Positions 43,075 through 53,400 of a DNA stretch of 64,000 bases are shown here, piece after piece. Below the pieces are notes generated by a model. That model was not told the DNA's origin, ran no database searches, and saw only the letters and a program-made list of their open reading frames with translations. How positions within the stretch are numbered: position 1 is the stretch's first letter; the number at the start of each line of letters is the position of its first letter. The stretch lies in the NCBI GenBank assembly GCA_963785305.1, contig CAWAUV010000007.1, positions 544,001 through 608,000 on the forward strand, read 5' to 3'. The stretch is from an uncultured Planctomycetaceae bacterium. Its GTDB lineage: Bacteria > Planctomycetota > Planctomycetia > Pirellulales > PALSA-1355. Position numbers and translations under genes: made by a program.

Positions 43075-44703
43075 ATGGATGTGCTCGCGCCCCAGGATCG
43101 CAGCCGCCGGATGGCCCGGGTTCGCTCGCGCGACACCGGCCCGGAACTGGCGTTTCGCCGCGCCATTTGGCGCCTTGGCTATCGGTTTCGCGTGTGCGAT
43201 CGGCGTTTGCCGGGCAAGCCCGATCTCGTGTTTCCGCGACATCGGCTGGTGGTGTTTATCGACGGCGATTTCTGGCACGGGGGCCAATGGCGGCGCCGGC
43301 GGCTCGCGGCACTAGACGAACAGTTTGTCGGCGCCGAAAATGCTTTGTATTGGAAGGCCAAGATTCGCCGCAACATCGAGCGAGATTTTCGCCACACCGC
43401 CGCCTTGCTCGACTTGGGCTGGCGGGTGCTGCGCTTCTGGGAGACCGACTTGACCAAGCGATTGGATGCCTGCCTTGCCACGACGGTCGACGCGCTCGCT
43501 GTTGCGTCGGAAGCCCGCCCACGACCGCATTTGCCCATCGCCGAGCGCACGGTCGCCGAGTTTTTCGCCGGGATTGGGCTTGTGCGTCTGGCGGTCGAAC
43601 AGCAAGGTTGGCGAGTGGTGTTCGCCAATGATTTCGATCCGCGAAAGGCCGTCATGTATCGCGATCAGTTTGGCGACGATCATCTATCCACGGCCGACAT
43701 CCACTCGCTCGACGCCGACTTGATGCCGAGCGCCACGCTGTTTTGCGCTTCGTTCCCTTGCACCGATCTTTCGTTGGCCGGCGCGCGGCGGGGGCTCGAT
43801 GGCAAAGGCTCCGGCGCCTTTTGGGGCTTTGTGAGAATCCTCCGCGAGATGGGCGCGCGTCGCCCGCCGCTGGTGCTGCTCGAAAACGTGGTGGGCTTCC
43901 TTTCCTCGCGCGGCGGCGACGATTTTGCCGCTGCCCTGCGAGCGCTCAATCAGTTGGGCTACGCCGCCGACGCGCTCGTGCTCAATGCCTCGTCGTTCAC
44001 GCCGCAAAGCCGGGCTCGGCTGTTCGTGGTCGCGCGACAAACGCCCGCCGAACCGACAAGCGATGTATCTCTAGCGAGCAATGTTGCTCCGTCGGCCATT
44101 CGCCCGCCGGCGCTCGTCGACTTTATTCATTCGCATCCCGATATCGCCTGGGCGATTCGCCACTTGCCGGCGCCGCCCGCGATGGCGGAGCATTGCCTTG
44201 CCACGATCGTGGAACCCCTGGCCGACGACGACGACGCTTGGTGGAACACGAAGCGAGCCGAATACTTTTGGAATCAACTCAGCGACCGGCACCGAGCGGT
44301 GGCCGAAACCATGGTCGCCGCCAAGCAAGTGACCTATGCCACGGCCTTTCGCCGGGTTCGCAAGGGGCGCTCGATGGCCGAACTGCGGACCGATGGCCTC
44401 GCCGGCTGCCTGCGCACTCCACGCGGCGGCAGCGGCCGACAGATTCTCTTCAAGGCGGGCCGCGGGCGCTATCAGGTGCGGCTCTTGAGCCCGCGCGAAT
44501 GCGCCCGGCTTCAGGGCGTGGGCGATGACTACAAGATCCAGGTGGGCGTGAATCAGGCGCTGTTCGGCTTTGGCGACGCGGTGTGCGTGCCGGCCGTGGC
44601 CTGGATCGTGGAGCATTATCTGACGCCCGTGGCGAGCGAAATGCTCCGCGGCGTCGTGCATGCGCCGCGAGGATGGGAGTCACTTGGCATCCCCACTGAA
44701 TAA
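43075..44703 (+). CDS. Vsr endonuclease fused to DNA (cytosine-5) methyltransferase
   Basis: Vsr: RSRRMARV...DTGPE, LPGKPD, FIDGDFWHG, GWRVLRFWE. MTase: EFFAGIG, SFPC, LLENV, PQSRARLF, RECARLQG, FGDAV. Confidence 0.92.
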   Translation: MDVLAPQDRSRRMARVRSRDTGPELAFRRAIWRLGYRFRVCDRRLPGKPDLVFPRHRLVVFIDGDFWHGGQWRRRRLAALDEQFVGAENALYWKAKIRRNIERDFRHTAALLDLGWRVLRFWETDLTKRLDACLATTVDALAVASEARPRPHLPIAERTVAEFFAGIGLVRLAVEQQGWRVVFANDFDPRKAVMYRDQFGDDHLSTADIHSLDADLMPSATLFCASFPCTDLSLAGARRGLDGKGSGAFWGFVRILREMGARRPPLVLLENVVGFLSSRGGDDFAAALRALNQLGYAADALVLNASSFTPQSRARLFVVARQTPAEPTSDVSLASNVAPSAIRPPALVDFIHSHPDIAWAIRHLPAPPAMAEHCLATIVEPLADDDDAWWNTKRAEYFWNQLSDRHRAVAETMVAAKQVTYATAFRRVRKGRSMAELRTDGLAGCLRTPRGGSGRQILFKAGRGRYQVRLLSPRECARLQGVGDDYKIQVGVNQALFGFGDAVCVPAVAWIVEHYLTPVASEMLRGVVHAPRGWESLGIPTE

Positions 44704-44727
44704 GTCAGCAAACCCATGGCCTGGGTG

Positions 44728-45786
44728 CTACTCAATGCGACCGACAAGTTCTCGGATGTTTGGTTGTTGCGTGTCGAGTTGTGTTTGATTCACCGTGTGC
44801 TGTTTTGATGCGAATAAGTGCTGTCCGGCCGTGAGGTTGACTAGCGGAATTCCGAGTGCGCTGGATACGACCGACGCGGTATTTGCGTCGACGACTTCGT
44901 ACTGAAACATCTCCTTAAATGATTTTTGGTTTATCGGCGATGGCGTTCCACTTGGATGGATGCAAAAGCTATTCGGCGTTCGCTGCCAAGCATCCCATAT
45001 CTCTTTTCCGATCTCATTTACGACAGTGCGAAACGCCTTCGCCGAAGATCGATTTGCCTGAGTCAGGCGATTTCCAACGTAGCAGTAAATCCCTGGCACA
45101 CGAAGTTTGTACTGGTTTGATTTTCGGAAAAACTCAGACTGTTCGGCGCCTTGACGACGAGATATTCCGTAAAGTAGCGCCAATACCGTTCGGACCGCGC
45201 GTTTCGACGAGCCATCCGCCGAGAAGGGAATAATCAGCCGATCTGAAGCGGACATTGCAAGTTCTGTGTAGATTCCGAAGCTTGGGTTGCAATCAATGAA
45301 CACGGTAGTTTCTCGCGTGTTCCAGTTCTCGTTGATGTCGGTGACGAGGTCGCTGAGCCAACCATGCACGGTCGCCCATGCATCGTCAGGGCCGGGCGCT
45401 GTTGCATTCGCGACGCGTGATGCCAGTATTTCCAGTTCTTCGTCGCCCACGACGAGGTGCAGGTTCGCTGGAACGCTCGCGTTTCGAGACCGAACTTGCG
45501 TTACATATTTGGCGCCTGTGGCGGGGCTATGATACGGGCTTGAGATTCGGTCGCGTATGTAGCCAGCGATAGTCGCGCGCGGTTCTCCCGAACTCAATGA
45601 TTCAAGAGCAGCTTCACCCTTTTCGATGCCTCCCAGCAGCATGCTAGACGCATTGGCCTGTGGGCACATGTCGATGACCAACACTTGTTTCGACGAATGA
45701 ATGCGAGCGTATTCGCAAGCGACCTGAAAGGTGAGATAGCTCTTGCCGACACCGCCCTTGTTGTTCCAAAGCGCATAGATCGCCAT
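44728..45786 (-). CDS. Orphan ParA/Soj-family ATPase
   Basis: NNKGGVGKS, IDMCPQAN, IDCNPS; GGAGG RBS; AT-richer codons. Confidence 0.88.
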   Translation of the reverse strand: MAIYALWNNKGGVGKSYLTFQVACEYARIHSSKQVLVIDMCPQANASSMLLGGIEKGEAALESLSSGEPRATIAGYIRDRISSPYHSPATGAKYVTQVRSRNASVPANLHLVVGDEELEILASRVANATAPGPDDAWATVHGWLSDLVTDINENWNTRETTVFIDCNPSFGIYTELAMSASDRLIIPFSADGSSKRAVRTVLALLYGISRRQGAEQSEFFRKSNQYKLRVPGIYCYVGNRLTQANRSSAKAFRTVVNEIGKEIWDAWQRTPNSFCIHPSGTPSPINQKSFKEMFQYEVVDANTASVVSSALGIPLVNLTAGQHLFASKQHTVNQTQLDTQQPNIRELVGRIE

Positions 45787-46422
45787 GTCGTTGCCTCCGT
45801 TTGAAATCGACCCCAAAATGCTCCGGCCAGCTTAAAACAATTAAGGACGGTATTGTTAAACGAAATTCCCGGTTTACGCAAGCGGCTACTGCGTCAAGTC
45901 TTACGTCCGATCCGCGATTCACGCGCCAGCACCGAAGTCGTTTGCGAAAACGCATTCATTCATTGGATCTCCGGCAGGCGGCCTTCGGCGCGCCTCTCGG
46001 CCATGTGCTCGAATGCCTTTTTGCCACAACGACACCGCCGGCGGCATGCCATCGGCAAATTCAACGGTCTGATCCCGCAGAGCTGTACCAGATATTGCAT
46101 CAAAGCAGTCCGATTTCCAGCGTTTAATGCACCGCTATCGGCGACTAATTTGGCTGCTGAGCGCGTATTTGCAGGATTTTATCCGGAAAAACGTCGCAAT
46201 TAGATGCGATTCCCATAATTTCTGAAAGTGCGCGCCCCTTGCAAACCGGAGGTAAAGACCTAAGCTTCTGGCATCGAATCGTTGGAGATAGTGGCGCCGG
46301 ACGACCTCGCGATCGCCGTGCTTTGCCCAAGTTTCCGAATGACACATTCGCGACGTCCGCTCTGTTCATTGTGATCCGCGCGATTGGCGTTCTCGTTCCG
46401 ACGGACAACCTCGAAACATCGC

Positions 46423-47434
46423 ATGCAAACCATGGTCGGCTCGGCTCCGCTCTTGTCGATCGTCGTGCCGGTGTACAACGAAGAGAGCACGATCCCTCGG
46501 TTTTTGCAGGCGATGCGCGCTGCGCTTGCCGAGGTGACCGAGGATTACGAAATCCTCTTCGCCGCCGATCCCGGCGGCGATCGCACCGTCGAAATCCTGC
46601 GTGAGGAACATGACCGCGATCCGCGCGTGCGGGCGCTGGTGTTTTCGCGGCGTTTTGGCCAGCCGGCGGCCGCCTGGGGCGGGCTTGCCCATGCGCGGGC
46701 GCGGCGGTGATCGTGATCGACTGCGATCTGCAAGATCCGCCGTCGCTGATTCCCGAAATGGTCCTCCGCTGGCGCGAGGGCTACAAAGTCGTGATTCCCC
46801 AGCGACGCAGCCGCAAGGGCGAGACCGTGCCGAAGCGCGTGGTCGCTTATCTCGGCTACATGCTCATCAACAAGATTTCGACCGTGCCCATTCCCCGCAA
46901 CACCGGCGACTTTCGCCTGCTCGACCGCGTGGTGGTCGATGAGCTGATGAAGCTCAACGAATCGCACGGCTTCCTGCGAGGGCTGTGCGGCGTGGTCGGT
47001 TTCAGGACCTGCCTCCTGCCGTTTGACCGCGAGGCCCGCGTGGCCGGCCAGGGCAAATACAACCGGCTGGTCGGCAGTTTGCGGATCGGCTTTAACGGAA
47101 TTGTCGCCTTTTCCGATTATTTGCTGAACGTGATGGTGACACTGGGCTTCGTCATGGCGGTGCTGGCGATCCTCGCAATGGGCGTCATTGCGTATCTAAA
47201 GGCAAGCGGCGTCTACGATTTCGCCGCCGGCTTGGCCACCGTGTCCATGCTCATCTTGCTCCTCACCGGCGTGCAATTCATTGGCATGGGCATTCTGGCG
47301 CATACATCGGTCGCATCTATGATGAATCAAAGCGACGGCCGAAGTTCATCGTCGAACATTGGATCGGACGCCCCGAACCGGCCGACGCCTCGACCCCTCG
47401 CGTGATCGCCGACTCGCCGCTCGATCGCTCCTAA
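46423..47434 (+). CDS. GT2 polyprenol-phosphate glycosyltransferase (GtrB/ArnC-like); frameshifts ~46700, ~47300
   Basis: SIVVPVYNEE, SRRFGQ, IDCDLQDPP, GDFRLLDR, two TMs, YIGRIY.E.K.RP. Confidence 0.9.
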
Positions 47435-47543
47435 GCCGCGAACGAGCCGCCCCATCGAGTCGCGAGGGACCTATTCGCTCCGCGACCGACGCTCAAGGGC
47501 GCCCGCGCCTCAAACCCTCTCTTCAAACCGGAACCACGTCAAC

Positions 47544-48499
47544 ATGCACTGCTTCGTCACCGGCTCCGCGGGTTTCATCGGGAGCACGCTGGTCGATCGC
47601 CTGCTGGCCGACGGACACTCGGTCACGGGCTACGACAACTTCTCGACCGGCTACGAGGCGTTTCTCACCGGCGCGCTTCGCCACCCGCGCTTCTCGCTCG
47701 AGCGCGGCGATCTGCTCGATTTGCCAAACGTGAAACGGGCGATGCAGTCGGCCGAGATCGTGTTTCACTTGGCGGCCAATGCCGATGTCCGGTTCGGCGT
47801 CGAGCATCCGCGAAAAGACCTCGAGCAAAACACGATCGCCACGTTTCATGTGCTCGAGGCGATGCGCGCCGTGGCGCGAAACGGATCGCGTTTTCCTCCA
47901 CCGGCTCGATCTACGGCGAGCCGGAGGTGTTTCCCACGCCCGAGACCGCGCCGTTTCCGATTCAAACTTCGCTCTACGGCGCCTCGAAGCTCGCCGGCGA
48001 GGGACTATTGCAAGCCTATGCCGCCGGATTCGGCTTCACGGCGTATATCTTCCGCTTCGTGTCGATTCTCGGCGAACGCTATACCCACGGCCACGTGCTC
48101 GACTTTTATAAGAAGCTGCAAGCCGATCCGCGCGAAATCGAAGTGCTCGGCAATGGACTGCAGCGCAAAAGCTATCTTTATGTGCAAGACTGCGTCGACG
48201 CGATGTTGCTCGCCCTCGAGCGGGCCCACGAGCCGGTAAACATTTTCAATCTCGGCACGGACGAACATTGCACCGTGAACGAATCGCTTTCTTGGATTTG
48301 CGAACACCTGGGCCTCGAGCCGCGGCGAAAATACTCGGGCGGCGAGCGCGGCTGGATCGGCGATAGCCCGCGCATCTTTCTCGACTGCCGCAAGATCCGC
48401 TCGCTCGGCTGGCAGCCCCGGCTCACGATCCGCGACGCGGTGCTGCGCACCTTGATTTATTTGCAGGCAAACCCCGATCTTTCCGCGATACACTCTTAA
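47544..48499 (+). CDS. NAD-dependent epimerase/dehydratase; frameshift ~47870
   Basis: TGSAGFIG, YGASK, GNGLQRKSY. Confidence 0.92.
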
Positions 48500-48509
48500 G
48501 GTTCATTGC

Positions 48510-49820
48510 ATGCGCATTGCCGTTTACGGACTCTGGCATTTGGGAAGCGTCACGGCCGCTTGCTTGGCGCGAGCGGGCCATGACGTGTACGCGCTCGATC
48601 CGGATGAAAAGATCATTGCCGACCTGCGCCGCGGTCTGCCGCCGATCGACGAGCCGGGACTGCCCGAGCTAACGGCCTCGGGGCTCGCCAGCGGTCGTCT
48701 CAACTTCACCACGGACGCCCACGAAGCGCTTAAAGACGCCGAACTGCTCTGGGTGACTTTCGACACCCCGGTCAACGAGCGCGACGAAGCCGATTTCGAC
48801 TTCGTGAGATCGAAGTTAGAGAGCGTCGCCGATCAAATTCCGCGGGGCACAATGGTGCTGATTTCGTCGCAGGTTCCGCTGGGGTTCACGCGAGCGCTTC
48901 AGGGGCAATGGCATGCGCGTGGCTTGCGTTTTGCCTATTCGCCCGAAAATCTTCGCTTGGGCAAGGCAATCGACAGCTTTTGCAAGGCCGATCGGGCCGT
49001 CGTCGGTTTGGACTCCCTCGAGGATCGGCCGCTTTTGCAGGTGCTGTTGGGTGCATTCGCGGCTCGCATCGAGTGGATGTCGATCGAGTCGGCCGAGATG
49101 ACGAAGCATGCCATCAACGCCTTTCTCGCAAGCTCGGTGACGTTCATCAATGAACTGGCCCGACTGTGCGAAGCGCTGGGCGCCGATGCAAAGCAGGTCG
49201 AACGAGGACTCAAAAGCGAGGGGCGCATCGGCCCCAAGGCATATCTTGGGCCTGGAATGGCATTTTCCGGCGGCACGCTTGCTCGCGATCTCCGCTACTT
49301 GGTAAGCTTCGGCGATCGCGAGTCCATCGGCACGCCGCTATTGAGCGGGGCGCTCGAAAGCAATCTCTCCCATCAACATTGGCTGCATGAAAAATTAGCC
49401 CATGCGCTGGCCGAAGTGTTCAACCCCGCGGTTGCCGTGCTTGGGCTGACCTACAAACCGGGAACGAATACGCTTCGCCGCTCCGCGTCCGTCGAGCTCT
49501 GCCGCTGGCTGCACGGCCGTGGGGTGCGAGTGCGAGCCCATGATCCCGCGATCAGCGAGTTGCCGGAGGAACCGGCCCGAGTCATTACCCTATGCTCAAG
49601 CCCGCGTCAGGCTCTCGATGGCGCCAACGTCGCGGTCGTTTCCACCGAATGGCCCGAATATCGCGACATTCCGGGCTCGCTGTTTGTTCAATCCATGCGG
49701 CGGCCCTGGGTGGTCGATCCCAACTGGTTTTTGTCGCAGTCGCTCGCCAGCATTCCGGAAATACGTTATTTGGCCACCGGCAAGGGCGAGGATCTTTCGA
49801 TCTCCGCTCAAGATTCGTAG
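48510..49820 (+). CDS. UDP-glucose/GDP-mannose dehydrogenase family protein
   Basis: GLWHLG, EPGL, SPENLRLG, EMTKHAINAF, LGLTYKP, HDP. Confidence 0.88.
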   Translation: MRIAVYGLWHLGSVTAACLARAGHDVYALDPDEKIIADLRRGLPPIDEPGLPELTASGLASGRLNFTTDAHEALKDAELLWVTFDTPVNERDEADFDFVRSKLESVADQIPRGTMVLISSQVPLGFTRALQGQWHARGLRFAYSPENLRLGKAIDSFCKADRAVVGLDSLEDRPLLQVLLGAFAARIEWMSIESAEMTKHAINAFLASSVTFINELARLCEALGADAKQVERGLKSEGRIGPKAYLGPGMAFSGGTLARDLRYLVSFGDRESIGTPLLSGALESNLSHQHWLHEKLAHALAEVFNPAVAVLGLTYKPGTNTLRRSASVELCRWLHGRGVRVRAHDPAISELPEEPARVITLCSSPRQALDGANVAVVSTEWPEYRDIPGSLFVQSMRRPWVVDPNWFLSQSLASIPEIRYLATGKGEDLSISAQDS

Positions 49821-49839
49821 CAATTCTCAAGGAAAACTC

Positions 49840-50703
49840 ATGGAAATCGGCGGTCGACGAGCCATCATTACCGGCGCCAATCGCGGAATGGGCCGCGCTA
49901 TTGCCACGGCCTATGTCCAGGCCGGCGCCAGCGTGCTGCTCGTGGCGCGCGATGAGCCCCTGCTAGAGCAAGTGCGCGAGGAACTCGAGGCATGCGCGAG
50001 CGATCCGGCGCGGCAGATCCACGCGATGGGCTGCGATGTTTCAAAGGCGCGCGACTGTCAGGCCGTCGTCGCGCGAGCCCAACAACTGTTCGGCGAAATT
50101 ACGATCCTGGTCAACAATGCCGGCATTTATGGACCGATGGGAAAGATCGAGGAAGTCGACTGGGAGCATTGGGTTCAGGCGATCGAGATCAATCTATTCG
50201 GAACCGTCTTGATGAGCCGGGCGATTTTGCCGCACATGCGCCAGCAAAAGTATGGAAAGATCATCAATTTGTCCGGCGGCGGCGCCACCGCGCCCTTGCC
50301 GGGCATCAGTGCTTATGCCGCCTCCAAGGCGGCCGTGGTCCGCGTCACCGAGACCATGGCCGAGGAGCTCCGCGATACCGGAATCGATGTCAATTCGCTG
50401 GCGCCAGGCGCCCTCAATACCCGGCTTCTCGATGAAGTGCTGGCCGCGGGTCCTGAAAAGGTCGGGGCCGCGTTTCATCAGCGGGCAGTCGCCCAAAAAG
50501 AACATGGGGGCGCTCCGCTCGAAAAAGGCGCCTCGCTCGCCGTCTTTCTCGCATCGGCCGCCAGCGACGGCATTACCGGCCGACTGATCAGCGCTGTCTG
50601 GGACCCCTGGCAAGACCTGCCGAGTCATCGAGACGAGCTCGCCGCGGGCGATGTCTACACCCTGCGACGCATTGTTCCCAAGGATCGAGGTCTCGAATGG
50701 TAA
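49840..50703 (+). CDS. SDR-family oxidoreductase
   Basis: TGANRGMG, NNAG, YAASK. Confidence 0.92.
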   Translation: MEIGGRRAIITGANRGMGRAIATAYVQAGASVLLVARDEPLLEQVREELEACASDPARQIHAMGCDVSKARDCQAVVARAQQLFGEITILVNNAGIYGPMGKIEEVDWEHWVQAIEINLFGTVLMSRAILPHMRQQKYGKIINLSGGGATAPLPGISAYAASKAAVVRVTETMAEELRDTGIDVNSLAPGALNTRLLDEVLAAGPEKVGAAFHQRAVAQKEHGGAPLEKGASLAVFLASAASDGITGRLISAVWDPWQDLPSHRDELAAGDVYTLRRIVPKDRGLEW

Positions 50704-50713
50704 GAGGTCTGGC

Positions 50714-51715
50714 ATGACACTGCGCGCCGCGATCATCGGCTGCGGGCTCATCGGCGGCAAGCGGGCCCAGGCCCTCGGCGAATGCCGCTTGGTCGCCGCC
50801 GTCGACACTCGGCTCGACCGGGCCGAGCAGCTCGCCGCGCAAGTTCCCGGCTGCATCGCCCGCGACGATTGGGCGTCGGTCGTCGGCCGCGACGACGTGG
50901 ATATCGTGATCGTGGCCACGACCAACAATATGCTGGCCGCGGTGACCGGCGCGGCCGTGGCGGCGGGCAAACATGTGCTGGTGGAAAAGCCGGCGGCTCG
51001 CAATGCCGCCGAACTGGCCCCGGTGGCCGAGGCGGCGCACCGCGCGAGCGTCACGGTCAAGGTCGGCTTCAACCACCGCTTTCATCCGGCCCTTGAACTG
51101 GCCCACAAAATGTTTTCCGCCGGTGAAGTCGGGCCGCTCCTTTATATTCGCGCTCGCTACGGCCACGGCGGCCGCGTGGGCTACGACCGCGAGTGGCGGG
51201 CCGATCCCGCGATCGCCGGCGGCGGCGAAATGCTCGACCAGGGCGTGCATTTGATCGATTTGGCCCGGTGGTTCGCCGGTGATTTCGTCGAAGTGGCCGG
51301 CCATGTGGGCACGTTTTTCTGGGACATGCCGGTCGAAGACAACGGTTTCGCCCTGCTCAAGACCGCCGCCGGCCAAGTCGCCTGGCTGCACGCGAGCTGC
51401 ACCGAGTGGAAGAACCTGTTTTCGTTCGAGATATTTGGCCGCGATGGAAAACTGCAAATCGACGGCCTGGGCCGCAGCTACGGCGTCGAGCGGCTCACGC
51501 ACTACCGAATGTTGCCGCAAATGGGTCCGCCCGAGACGCAAACCTGGGAATTCCCCGGGGCCGATCTTTCGTGGCAGGCCGAATTCGCCGATTTCACCAG
51601 CTCGATCGCCAGCGGCCGCCCGCCGCGCGGCACGCTCGACGACGCCCTGGCGACGCTCGAGGTCGTTGAGACCCTTTATCGAGGCACGCCGATGATCGCC
51701 TTGCCGAAACCGTAA
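50714..51715 (+). CDS. Gfo/Idh/MocA oxidoreductase
   Basis: IGCGLIG, HVLVEKP, GFNHRF, GGG..LD.GVH. Confidence 0.92.
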   Translation: MTLRAAIIGCGLIGGKRAQALGECRLVAAVDTRLDRAEQLAAQVPGCIARDDWASVVGRDDVDIVIVATTNNMLAAVTGAAVAAGKHVLVEKPAARNAAELAPVAEAAHRASVTVKVGFNHRFHPALELAHKMFSAGEVGPLLYIRARYGHGGRVGYDREWRADPAIAGGGEMLDQGVHLIDLARWFAGDFVEVAGHVGTFFWDMPVEDNGFALLKTAAGQVAWLHASCTEWKNLFSFEIFGRDGKLQIDGLGRSYGVERLTHYRMLPQMGPPETQTWEFPGADLSWQAEFADFTSSIASGRPPRGTLDDALATLEVVETLYRGTPMIALPKP

Positions 51716-51777
51716 CCGTTCACCGCGAATCGTTTTTGAACTGAGAACCGGAATTCGATAATTTAGTCCATGCCGAG

Positions 51778-51846
51778 CCTCACTAGCGTTTCGAGTTGTG
51801 ATGGGAAGGGCTCGCGCGCCGTTCTCGACACGAAGCGTCAGCGAGG
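51778..51846. repeat. Degenerate REP-like pair
   Basis: cctcactagcgtttcgagttgtgat ... acacgaagcgtcagcgagg. Confidence 0.6.
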
Positions 51847-51874
51847 CAGACGACTCACTCATCGCGAGGTTGTA

Positions 51875-52897
51875 ATGATTATCGTTCGTAGCCCCATGCG
51901 ACTTTCTCTATGTGGCGGCGGGACCGATCTGCCCGCCTATTACCGTCGGCATAGCGGATTTCTCATCGCCGCGGCGATCGATAAATATGTCTACATCACC
52001 CTGCATCAAACATTCATCAACGAGTTGATCGTCAAATACTCGAGACTCGAACGAGTTCGCTCCGCCGACGAGCTCCAGCACCCTATTATTCGCGAGGCCC
52101 TCAAACTTCTCGAAATCTCGGCCCTGAACCTCGAAATCACGAGCATGGCCGACATTCCGGCCGGCGCCGGGTTGGGATCGTCGGGCAGCTTCACCACGGC
52201 GCTGCTCATGGTGCTGCACGAGTACAAAAAAAATCTGATCCTTCCCGGAGAGCTCGCGGCCCAGGCCTGTCATGTGCAGATCGAGCGGGCCGGCGAAGCG
52301 ACAGGCAAGCAAGACCAGTACATCGCCGCGTATGGCGGTCTGACATCGCTCCAGTTCCTTCCGAATGAAACCGTGCAAGTCGCTCCCGTGAAAATATCGA
52401 GCGAGGCGCTTTACAATCTCGAGGATGGGCTGATGCTCTTCTTCACCGGCTATGGCCCCACGACGCCAGACGCCGCGCTGGACCCTGGCGAAGCAGGCCC
52501 ATATAAAACAAGCCCCCTCAACTCAACCCCAGACAGGCCCAGCGGCCAGCTCGAGCAAGCCATGATCGAGCGCTTGCATCAGGCCAAGGAGCTGACCTAT
52601 CAAACACAAGAGGCGTTTGAATCGGGCAATGTACACAAGTTTGGCGAGTTGATGAACGCTCAGTGGGAGCGGCAAAAGCAACGCGGCGGCGTCAACAACC
52701 CCGACATCGATCGTTGGTACGATCTCGCGATCACAAACGGCGCCATAGGCGGCAGACTGATCGGCTCCGGCGGCGCGGGTTTCCTCCTGTTCTACACCGA
52801 AGACACGACCCGTCTGCGGCGAGCCATGGCGCCGACGGGCCTGCGCGAGGTGCGCTTTCGCTTCGATTTCGAGGGGGCGCGAACATTAATCCAGTGA
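51875..52897 (+). CDS. GHMP sugar kinase (HddA-like heptose-7-phosphate kinase)
   Basis: RSPMRLSLCGGGTD, GLGSSGSF, GKQDQY, GGRLIGSGGAGF. Confidence 0.88.
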   Translation: MIIVRSPMRLSLCGGGTDLPAYYRRHSGFLIAAAIDKYVYITLHQTFINELIVKYSRLERVRSADELQHPIIREALKLLEISALNLEITSMADIPAGAGLGSSGSFTTALLMVLHEYKKNLILPGELAAQACHVQIERAGEATGKQDQYIAAYGGLTSLQFLPNETVQVAPVKISSEALYNLEDGLMLFFTGYGPTTPDAALDPGEAGPYKTSPLNSTPDRPSGQLEQAMIERLHQAKELTYQTQEAFESGNVHKFGELMNAQWERQKQRGGVNNPDIDRWYDLAITNGAIGGRLIGSGGAGFLLFYTEDTTRLRRAMAPTGLREVRFRFDFEGARTLIQ

Positions 52898-52947
52898 GCC
52901 CTCGGCGCCCGTCATTCGGTTTTTCTCGATGGCGGGATTCGGCTTGC

Positions 52948-53012
52948 CCTCGCTGCCGCGTCGGGTTGTGATCCGAGGGCGTTCCGTTCCTAACCCGAAG
53001 CGTCAGCGAGGG
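52948..53012. repeat. REP-like pair
   Basis: cctcgctgccgcgtcgggttgtgat ... aacccgaagcgtcagcgaggg. Confidence 0.7.
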
Positions 53013-53400
53013 ATTCCGGGATTCCCGGATTCCGCGATCCGCCGGCGCCATGCGTTTCCGCGCATGTGGCGCCTAGAGACGGACGAGCCAGTAAAAAACG
53101 CCGCGCTGGTTCCAATGCGGCCGCCGCGCGATCTGGTGGAAATATGCCGAATTGTCGGGCGGCGCGGGGCGAGCGGGGCTTTTCGGGGGCCGCGGCGTCG
53201 CGCGAGGGGACGTGTTTGATTGCGAGCGGCCCGCGGACGAGGCTATGATAGAAGCTCGCCCATTGCCCGATCTTGGAACGCATGTAGCCGCAATTCTCGA
53301 TACAACGCTCCGCGGGGCGATTTTACCCGCTCCCCTTTAGGGGTAAGCGCAGAGCGAAGACTCGCCGCCGAGGCGCCTGGAGTCAGCACGACGAATTCCG

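Noticed and set aside
43075..45786. Complete type II RM system or parAB locus
   Set aside because: No restriction endonuclease, parB or recognisable parS seen
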